Assembly (NCBI GenBank): GCA_964519305.1 | Contig: CAZFHY010000002.1 | Location: 64,001 to 128,000 of the forward strand | Length of the DNA stretch: 64,000 nt | Direction: 5' to 3' | DNA from: Candidatus Undinarchaeota archaeon | GTDB taxonomy: Archaea > SpSt-1190 > JASMDC01 | In this document: one piece after another, positions 56,648 to 64,000 of the stretch | Numbering within the stretch: the stretch's first letter is position 1 | Layout of the letters: every line of letters starts with the position of its first letter | Notes under the pieces: model-generated | What the model was told of the DNA's origin: nothing | Database searches by the model: none | The model's input: only the letters and a program-made list of their open reading frames with translations | Program-made: the position numbers and the translations under genes

Positions 56648-58351
56648 TCACGCTCGCTCTACGAGAATGTCCCCGATGACGACAGCATCGAGCCCGCCCT
56701 CGAGGAGGTCGGTGACAGCATGTTCTGCGGTGTGGACGATGGCCTCGCCGCTACGGTTGAAGGATGTGTTGAGCACGACCGGAACACCAGTTTCTTTAGC
56801 GAAGGCTTCGATGAGTTGTTGGTATGGTGGATTCACGCCCTTGGCGAGCACTTGGGGTCGGCATGTACCGTCAACGTGCACCACGGCCGGAGTCTCTTTC
56901 TTCGAACGTTCCGTGGCAGGAAGGGCCAGTGTCATGAACGGTGCCCTGAGGCCTTTTGGATTGACGATATAATCATCGGCAGCGCTCTCCAGCACGGTCT
57001 GACAGAACGGTTGGTAAGGGGGTCGTTTCTTGATGGTGGCCCTGATCAGGTCTGGTGAGTCCGGATTGGTCGGGTCGGCAAGAACTGAACGGTTCCCAAG
57101 GGCACGTGGTCCGTACTCCATTTTCCCCCAGTATACTCCGACCAGCTTACCTGCCGGGAGCAGCTCGGAACCGACCAGGCCGGTGATATCAGCATGCTCG
57201 GTCACCGTGATCTTATCTCCGAAGGTCCGCTCCAGTTCGGCGGCACGTGGCCGTTCGGCCTCAGGTCCAAGGAACGGATGCTCCATCCTGTCACGTCTGA
57301 GACGGCCTGAACCGGCGAACGCTAGGAGGGCAGCGCCCATGGCGCATCCACCGTCACCGGGATCAGGATGCACGAAGACGTCCTCCACACAATCGAGCTG
57401 TGATACAAGACCGTTGAGCTTGACATTGAGGAAGAGACCGCCCGAGAGGACGACCTTGTGAAGTCCGGTGGCGTCCACTGCGTTCTGGACCAGTTCGCAC
57501 ACGACCTCCTCCACCACGGTCTGGGCCGAGCAGGCCAGATCGCGTTTCTTCCCCTCGCCCAATGCACGAGAATAGGAGAGTGTGCTCAACCGCCGTAGGC
57601 GGGTTCCGTCACCGCTGAGTTCGATGCCGTCAACCTCGAATAGATTGTGGAGCATACCGTAGTCCATCGGCTCACCGTAAGCGGCCAAGGCCATGGTCTT
57701 CCCCTCATCGAATCCGAACCGCAGTCCGAGGAGCTCGGTGATGCAACCATAGAAATATCCTAGTGATGCCGATACAGGGAACCGCGAGAGGCGTTCGATG
57801 TCCCGCTCCATACATGCGAACACTCCGCCAGAGGCACCATCGCCGTAAGCGTCGATAATAATCGCGACAGAACTGTCGAAACCGCTGGTGTAGTGTCCTG
57901 CTGCTGCATGGGCGAGGTGGTGGTTCTCATGTTCGATGGTGGCGTTCACCAAATCCATGGATCGGACCTTCCGGGCGAAGAGGCGATGTGATGCCGTCGT
58001 GTCGATGAATCTGAGCGGGGAGTTGAGCACCGACCATCGATAGGCCTCGAATCCGGCCACGACGAACTGTTCGAGCGGTCGGCCGATGATCGGAGCGGGG
58101 GGCATGTTCAGTCTATCGAAAACTAGCCTTGATGCCATATCGAGGCCGCTGAAGCCGGCCTTGACCACATCCACCTCACCAGGCTCTGTCCCTGTCGAGC
58201 GGAGCACCTCGGATATAGCAAGGCGTGGGAATCCGCCGCACTTCTTGATCCGGCACAACCTCTCCTCCGCCACGCAGGCTAGGACCTCACCGTCCTCAAC
58301 GAGACACGCAGCGCTGTTCTGAGGAGCGTCAACGATCCCGAGCGCTTTCAT
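56648..58351 (-). CDS. NodU/CmcH family carbamoyltransferase
   Basis: EERL.RIK, HHLAHA, EGKTMALAAYG, EYGPRALGNRS and LNTSFN motifs. Confidence 0.95.
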   Translation of the reverse strand: MKALGIVDAPQNSAACLVEDGEVLACVAEERLCRIKKCGGFPRLAISEVLRSTGTEPGEVDVVKAGFSGLDMASRLVFDRLNMPPAPIIGRPLEQFVVAGFEAYRWSVLNSPLRFIDTTASHRLFARKVRSMDLVNATIEHENHHLAHAAAGHYTSGFDSSVAIIIDAYGDGASGGVFACMERDIERLSRFPVSASLGYFYGCITELLGLRFGFDEGKTMALAAYGEPMDYGMLHNLFEVDGIELSGDGTRLRRLSTLSYSRALGEGKKRDLACSAQTVVEEVVCELVQNAVDATGLHKVVLSGGLFLNVKLNGLVSQLDCVEDVFVHPDPGDGGCAMGAALLAFAGSGRLRRDRMEHPFLGPEAERPRAAELERTFGDKITVTEHADITGLVGSELLPAGKLVGVYWGKMEYGPRALGNRSVLADPTNPDSPDLIRATIKKRPPYQPFCQTVLESAADDYIVNPKGLRAPFMTLALPATERSKKETPAVVHVDGTCRPQVLAKGVNPPYQQLIEAFAKETGVPVVLNTSFNRSGEAIVHTAEHAVTDLLEGGLDAVVIGDILVERA

Positions 58352-58431
58352 GTCGGCACAACTCCGCGCTCTATGCTCAGCTCCACGGACGGTCGTGTCG
58401 GGAGAAGATATAAATCGTTTTCAGTGGTGTC

Positions 58432-59844
58432 GTGGTCGTGGGATTCTCCTTCGTCGCCCTGGTCAATCCTCCATCACCGGGTCAGGACGTCTTCGCCCGG
58501 GAGGGACGGTGCCAGGAACGTCTGGGAGGTAAGCTCGCCGCCTACCCTCCGCTCTCCTTGGCGACCACCGCCTCGGTGCTCCGTGCGCATGGTGTGACCT
58601 GTGGTACCTTCGACCTTGAGGCCGAGCGGGGATTGGCCGGTCCGTTAGAGGCGGCACTGGCCAGTGCGGATGGTCCCCTTGTGGTCCTGAACACTACGAC
58701 TCCCACGCTGGGAGCGGACATGACCTTTGCTCAGGGTCTCCGGGAACGACATCCAGGGACAGTCCTTTCCGCCATAGGCGTACATGTGACCGCGCTTCCT
58801 TCGGCCACGCTCCGTGCATTCCCTCACCTGGAGCATGTCGTCGTGGGCGAGCCGGAGATGACCGTGCTGGCACTTGCCCGGACGCGGAGGGGCGCTAGAC
58901 TTCCGGGGACCGTGTCCAGGGGGGCTGGAGAGAAAATGGTGGACGGCGGTCGACGACCGTTCATCGACGAGCTCGACGCCATGCCATTTCCCGACTGGGG
59001 TGGCCTTCCCCGAAGCAGGTACGTGCTACCGCTGTTCAGCGAGCCCTATCTCATGGTCCAGACATCGAGGGGCTGCCCTCACAGATGCACCTTCTGCGTC
59101 TCGCATCTGTGGTACGGACGACGACCCCGTCTCCGTTCCCCAACCTCCATCCTCGATGAGATCGAGCGGGACGTGGACCTGTTCGGCACCCGGTTGATCT
59201 ACTTGTTCGGTGACACCGTCACCCTTCAGCGGGACCAGATGCTAGGGATATGCAGAGGTATGATCGAGCGGAATATCGACGTGCGCTGGCTCTGTAATTC
59301 ACGGGTCGACGCTGTGGACGCCGAGCTCCTTGATGCCATGTCGACGGCCGGATGCGCGGCAATATCCTATGGAATCGAGTCAGCAGATCCGGACATCCTG
59401 AACGCAGTCCGTAAGGGGACCACGCCCGAGCAGACAGAAGAAGCGGTGACACTCACCCGGGACAGCGGTATCCTCACGATCGGATTCTTCGTACTGGGAT
59501 TGCCCGGAGAGACGAGCGACACCATCGACCGCACGATCGATTTCGCCCGAGACCTGCCCTTGGACCTTGCCGAGTTCTATCCGGCCGTACCCTACCCCGG
59601 TACAGAGCTTGAACGTCAGCTGCTTGGAGGTCCTCAAGAGGAGGAGGATTGGGCGGGATACGAGTACGGTACGCCCTTAGCGACGAACGATGGGATGGAT
59701 CCCGAGGTGCTCACCGCAGCGTGCAAGCGTGCCTACCGGCGGTTCTACTCCCGGCCCGAACGTATCGGTCGGCTCGCGGCGAGGGTCAACGGTCCAGGGA
59801 TCGTGGCAGCAGGAGCACGGTTCGTGCACCAGCGTTTCCTTTGA
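58432..59844 (+). CDS. B12-binding radical SAM protein
   Basis: REGRCQ..., PPLSLA, GEPE, SRGCPHRCTFC, YGIES and GLPGE motifs. Confidence 0.92.
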   Translation: MVVGFSFVALVNPPSPGQDVFAREGRCQERLGGKLAAYPPLSLATTASVLRAHGVTCGTFDLEAERGLAGPLEAALASADGPLVVLNTTTPTLGADMTFAQGLRERHPGTVLSAIGVHVTALPSATLRAFPHLEHVVVGEPEMTVLALARTRRGARLPGTVSRGAGEKMVDGGRRPFIDELDAMPFPDWGGLPRSRYVLPLFSEPYLMVQTSRGCPHRCTFCVSHLWYGRRPRLRSPTSILDEIERDVDLFGTRLIYLFGDTVTLQRDQMLGICRGMIERNIDVRWLCNSRVDAVDAELLDAMSTAGCAAISYGIESADPDILNAVRKGTTPEQTEEAVTLTRDSGILTIGFFVLGLPGETSDTIDRTIDFARDLPLDLAEFYPAVPYPGTELERQLLGGPQEEEDWAGYEYGTPLATNDGMDPEVLTAACKRAYRRFYSRPERIGRLAARVNGPGIVAAGARFVHQRFL

Positions 59845-59853
59845 TCCGGCTGA

Positions 59854-61428
59854 TCACGCGTCGGGTACCATATCGAAATAATTACCGAACCGGCTATCCA
59901 CAAGTGACTGGCGGATGGACGTGGGCGTCATGACATCGGGCACCTTCAGTTCCCGTGCACCCATGTCCAGGCACGCCATCACGAGGTTCGATTGGAGGAG
60001 GAGGTTCGTTGCATACTCGCTCTCGAGCTCTTGGGCAACCTGGGCGTTCCTGCGGGCCTTGTCCGAGCCGATGAGGAATATCCGTTCGCCGTCCACCTGC
60101 ATGACACCGTTTGCATCGTGGTATCCCGCCGACACGAGGTACTGGTTGCGCACGATGATGTTCACCCTGTCCGCAATCTCCTTGGCCTTGGCGAACTCGT
60201 TGGTGAACTCCTTCAATGCCTCGTCCACATCCATGAGCAGGCGCCCATCAGAAGCGATGAGCTTGTCGTGGACGTCCTTGAGGGCAGTGAACGTGGTCTT
60301 GGGGATAGTGGCCAGGTATTCGTCGAGGTGCTCCATGAACTTGGGATCGTAATCCTGCTGTGCGACACGACACATGGCGGCCATGGCGACTCCCGGGGTG
60401 AATACCGTACCGTCGTGGATGCGGAGGCTACCCTGGAACTGGTACTTCTTGGAGACCATCGCTTTCTCGACGCATACGGGGTACACGACGTAGTCCTTGG
60501 CGAACCGTGAGGAGAACTTGTTGAACTGTGCCAGGAGGAATGCGATACCGTAGCTTTCCAGATCGTTCACGTCCCTGACGAAATACACACCCTTTCCTGA
60601 GCCGTAAAGGAAGTTCTTGACCGTTACCAGTCCCTCGATACGGTCGAGCGCATCAACGAGCTCTCCGTAGTTGAAGGCCGCGTGGAACTCGGTCTGGAGG
60701 AGAGGTAGCCCCTCCTCCTCAGTGTACCGCTCGAGTATGATGCGCTGGACGATCTTGTTGTCCATGATCATGTTCGCAGCAGGCTCCGGGAACACATGAG
60801 GGATCGAGGGCGGTTCGCCCCCGGTGACGAAAGCGGCCTGGAACCGCTCGCCGTCCAGCACCACGGTATCACCTTCGACGCTCTCCTTCTCCGGCGGATG
60901 GACCCGGACCGTGGATTGCATACCGAGCTCACGTGCTGCACGGGCAATGTCTATGCTCTCCTTGAGCAATGCGTCACCCTTGCGGGGCATGACGAGCACT
61001 GACTCGAGGCCCCCGTGCATCTGTGAGAAGGAAAGGAGCATTGCCTTGTAGATGTCCTGGTAGAGGGAAGGTGGGATGGCAGCGAAACCCTGCCCCTGTT
61101 GATTGGATTCCAGGTAGGCCCACGTCCCATCATCTAGGGGAAAATTGTCGATGCGCAGGAATGGGATGCGCTCGAAGGGGGAAATACCCGCCTTCACCAG
61201 CTCGAAAGCCGAGCCTTTGAACTGGCCGTAATAATCCGCGAAAGCCGAGAACGTGGATGATCCCTCGAAGGCCGCGGACGCCTGACGGGCGGCATCGATA
61301 GCTATGGACCTGTTACGTGGGATGAACGAGTCCATCTCGGAAGGGTGGAGAGCTTCTGCCATACCGTTGAATGTCGATGTGAGGTGAGCGTCCTGACTGC
61401 ACAGACGTTCCGCCGCGTCGAAGTCCAT
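59854..61428 (-). CDS. Putative circularly permuted ATP-grasp ligase
   Basis: RID...YLESN comes before MDNK and VKNFLYGSGKGVYF. Start MDFDA inferred. Confidence 0.55.
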   Translation of the reverse strand: MDFDAAERLCSQDAHLTSTFNGMAEALHPSEMDSFIPRNRSIAIDAARQASAAFEGSSTFSAFADYYGQFKGSAFELVKAGISPFERIPFLRIDNFPLDDGTWAYLESNQQGQGFAAIPPSLYQDIYKAMLLSFSQMHGGLESVLVMPRKGDALLKESIDIARAARELGMQSTVRVHPPEKESVEGDTVVLDGERFQAAFVTGGEPPSIPHVFPEPAANMIMDNKIVQRIILERYTEEEGLPLLQTEFHAAFNYGELVDALDRIEGLVTVKNFLYGSGKGVYFVRDVNDLESYGIAFLLAQFNKFSSRFAKDYVVYPVCVEKAMVSKKYQFQGSLRIHDGTVFTPGVAMAAMCRVAQQDYDPKFMEHLDEYLATIPKTTFTALKDVHDKLIASDGRLLMDVDEALKEFTNEFAKAKEIADRVNIIVRNQYLVSAGYHDANGVMQVDGERIFLIGSDKARRNAQVAQELESEYATNLLLQSNLVMACLDMGARELKVPDVMTPTSIRQSLVDSRFGNYFDMVPDA

Positions 61429-61477
61429 AGGAAAAGCACTAGCAATAAGAAATAAATAACCGCGCCTACCGCCGCGG

Positions 61478-62197
61478 TCAGCCGAACAGACGTAATAGGG
61501 GATTTCCCTTCTTTCGTCGCTTCTTCCGTTTCGGCGGAGGCTCGATGTCGAGGTCACTGTCGATATCGATGGCAGCTTCCTTGGACCGTTCCTCGTCGAG
61601 GATGTCCTTGCGCACATCCTCCTCGACCACACGGTGGACGTCGTACCGTCCTGTACCCTTGACGGGCTCCATATGACCGTACCTGTCATGGTGGACCATG
61701 TGGGATAGGTCGACCCGGGGGGGGGCCTTTGGTTGTTCGTCAGGCCATCCGATAGGGATGATACCTACCGGTACTACCGACTCAGGAAGTTCGAGGATAT
61801 TACGCACTGCGTCCTCATGGAACGCACCGACCCAGCACGAGCCCAGACCCAGAGCATGCGCTGCAATGAGCATGTTCTGGACCGAAGCGGCGGTCTCGGC
61901 CAATGAGTATAGATGCTTGCCACGCATTCCAAAGCGGAGAGCACTGCGCTCGGTGTCCGCGCACACCACCACCATAACCGGTGCATCGGTGATGTAGTCC
62001 TGGTTGAGAGCAGCGGACGCCAAAGCCTCCTGGACGGACTTGTCCTCAACGATGATGAACTCCCAAGGCTGAAGGTTGCCCGCTGAGGGCGCCCACCGGG
62101 CCATGTCGAGAATAGTGATGAGGAGCTCATGGTTGACCTGCTTGCGCTTGAATTTCCGCACGCTCCGTCGCTCCTTGATGGCCCGCAGTACCTCCAT
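61478..62197 (-). CDS. Nitroreductase family protein with charged C-terminal extension
   Basis: RRSVRKF, APSAGNLQPW and GLGSCWVG motifs. Confidence 0.92.
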   Translation of the reverse strand: MEVLRAIKERRSVRKFKRKQVNHELLITILDMARWAPSAGNLQPWEFIIVEDKSVQEALASAALNQDYITDAPVMVVVCADTERSALRFGMRGKHLYSLAETAASVQNMLIAAHALGLGSCWVGAFHEDAVRNILELPESVVPVGIIPIGWPDEQPKAPPRVDLSHMVHHDRYGHMEPVKGTGRYDVHRVVEEDVRKDILDEERSKEAAIDIDSDLDIEPPPKRKKRRKKGNPLLRLFG

Positions 62198-62248
62198 GGC
62201 CGGCCCTACCCGCTCCACTTTTATATCTTTGACGGTCGCTCCCAGAGT

Positions 62249-63934
62249 ATGCGGTTCGATGAGCTCGCCGATGTGTACGCAGCTCTTGAGGCCACGTCCA
62301 AGCGGCTCGAGAAACGGGATATAGTCGCTGAGCTGCTTCGACGGACGCCGTCAGAACTGTTGGACCGCGTTCCTCTATTGGTGATGGGGCGGGTGTTCCC
62401 TACTTATTCCGGCAAGAAGCTGGAATACGGCGAGAAGCTATTCCTCAAGGCGGCCTCATCGGTGTCCGGTTTCACGGTCGAGTCGCTGGAACGGCGCATC
62501 CGGGATCTGGGTGATATAGGTCTCGCGGTGGAAGCCTGCGTCCAGGAGAAACCTCAGACGAGCCTGTTGACCTTCGCAGGTGGGGGAGGGGAGCGAACCC
62601 TCACCGTCACCGAGGTCCATGATGCGCTCCGCAGGTTAGCGCAGAAGAGCGGTGCGGACTCACAGTCACACAAGGCCAAGGTCATCATCGATCTTCTGAG
62701 CAACGCGACCGCCCTAGAAGCGCGCTATCTCGCCCGGTTGGTCCTGGAGCAGATGCGTGTGGGGGTCGGTGAGGGCGTGATGCGGGACGCCATTGCTCTT
62801 GCGTACGAAGTGGAGCCTGCTGTCATCGAGCGTGCTCACGCCCTGGTCAATGATTATGGTCGTGTGGCCGTGGCTGCACGAGAGGGCGGGCAGGAGGCTC
62901 TGGACGCCATGAAGCTGGCACCGGGGACGCCGCTCAAGTGCATGCTTGCCCAGAAAGTGCCCACGGTCGAGGAAGGGCTGACGGGTGCCGGGGGCACAGC
63001 TGCCTTCGAGTACAAGTACGATGGCATCAGGCTCCAAGTGCACCGGGATGGTGATAAAATCACTCTTTTCACCCGTCGGTTGGAGAACGTCACACGTCAG
63101 TTCCCCGAGATAGTCGAGGCCGTACGTGACGCTGTCAAGGCCGAACGGTACATCCTCGAGGGAGAGCTTGTGGCCGTTGACGAGACGGGGATGCCCCTAC
63201 CATTCCAGGAGCTTTCCCGACGCGTCCGGCGCAAGTACGATATTGAGCGTATGGTTAGGGCCATCCCTGTGATCCTCAATATCTTTGACGTGCTCATCGT
63301 TGGAGAGCGTACACTAGTAGAGCTACCCCTCCGCGAGCGGCGCCAGGTGCTCGAGAGTATCGTTGAGGAGAGTGATCGCGTGCTCCTCTCCCGTACTCTG
63401 GTCACCGACAATGCAGATGAAGCGCGCGAGTTCTACGAGGAGGCGCTTTCCCAGGGGCATGAGGGGGCCATGATCAAGAACCTCGATGCTCCCTACCAGG
63501 CCGGATCGCGTGTAGGATACATGTACAAGCTCAAGCCAACGCTCGAGACGCTTGATGTAGTGGTCGTTGGTGCCGAGTGGGGCGAAGGCCGACGTGCGTC
63601 CTGGTTCGGCAGCTTCTTGCTCGCGGTCCGCGACGGCGATGGATTCGCCCTCGTGGGACGGATGGGCACAGGCCTGACGGACGAGCAGTTTTCTCATATC
63701 ACCGAAGTGCTCCGACCGCTCATGGAGCGGGAGTCGGGACGGGAGGTCACCTTCACTCCGCGTATCGTCGTAGAGGTCGCGTACGAGGAGCTCCAGCAGT
63801 CGCCTACGTATGATTCCGGGTATGCTCTACGTTTCCCGCGACTCGTCCGGTTCCGTGACGACCTGGGTACAGAGGACGCTGACGACGTGGACCGATTACG
63901 GCGTATCTATACGATCCAGAAAGCACGGGGCTGA
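62249..63934 (+). CDS. lig: ATP-dependent DNA ligase
   Basis: EYKYDG.R.Q.H (motif I), ILEGE, EGAMIK, KLK and ALRFPR motifs. Confidence 0.97.
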   Translation: MRFDELADVYAALEATSKRLEKRDIVAELLRRTPSELLDRVPLLVMGRVFPTYSGKKLEYGEKLFLKAASSVSGFTVESLERRIRDLGDIGLAVEACVQEKPQTSLLTFAGGGGERTLTVTEVHDALRRLAQKSGADSQSHKAKVIIDLLSNATALEARYLARLVLEQMRVGVGEGVMRDAIALAYEVEPAVIERAHALVNDYGRVAVAAREGGQEALDAMKLAPGTPLKCMLAQKVPTVEEGLTGAGGTAAFEYKYDGIRLQVHRDGDKITLFTRRLENVTRQFPEIVEAVRDAVKAERYILEGELVAVDETGMPLPFQELSRRVRRKYDIERMVRAIPVILNIFDVLIVGERTLVELPLRERRQVLESIVEESDRVLLSRTLVTDNADEAREFYEEALSQGHEGAMIKNLDAPYQAGSRVGYMYKLKPTLETLDVVVVGAEWGEGRRASWFGSFLLAVRDGDGFALVGRMGTGLTDEQFSHITEVLRPLMERESGREVTFTPRIVVEVAYEELQQSPTYDSGYALRFPRLVRFRDDLGTEDADDVDRLRRIYTIQKARG

Positions 63935-64000
63935 TAGCTGTTAGGCTCAACCAAAGGCGTTCTCCGAGGTCCGAGCCCGACATTCCTTCTTCATATTCAC

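Noticed and set aside
1-64000. CRISPR array, integrase, transposase, rRNA
   Set aside because: No regularly spaced repeats or recognisable catalytic motifs were seen by eye.

Overview
GC-rich archaeal chromosomal segment. The domain call rests on class III (pilin-type) signal peptides, TATA boxes about 25 nt before many start codons, an ATP-dependent DNA ligase, a SepF-like gene and a C/D-box sRNA. The surface proteins look DPANN-like, but the taxon cannot be fixed from sequence alone. Recognisable content: a molybdo-flavoenzyme (XdhD-like) operon, prs, an NrdG-type activase with thioredoxin, an arsenic island (arsG/arsF/Trx, arsR-acr3-Cys peptide-arsP), Nif3, SSS and ABC transporters, a GH1 beta-glucosidase, a COG2403/ArcE-type enzyme, znuACB, an M14 peptidase, sfsA, uppS, a glycan-tailoring cluster (GT-C, GT2, deacetylase, carbamoyltransferase, two B12 radical SAMs), a nitroreductase and lig. 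Most notable observations: (1) two distant paralogous copies of an uncharacterised surface module (large Ig-like/Cys-repeat protein plus a ~600-aa pilin-signal protein), one followed by a 1526-aa Cys-rich protein; (2) an operon of three tandem paralogs of an unknown acidic family; (3) a circularly permuted PafA-type phosphatase whose relocated module is bracketed by an exact 20-bp repeat; (4) a C/D-box sRNA predicted to guide 16S Cm1402; (5) a two-pilin cassette lying between two copies of the xdh 3' end; (6) an unannotated 47-aa Cys-cluster peptide in the ars operon; (7) a probable circularly permuted ATP-grasp ligase. No CRISPR array, rRNA, intact tRNA, integrase or transposase was seen. All calls come from reading motifs by eye; no searches were run.
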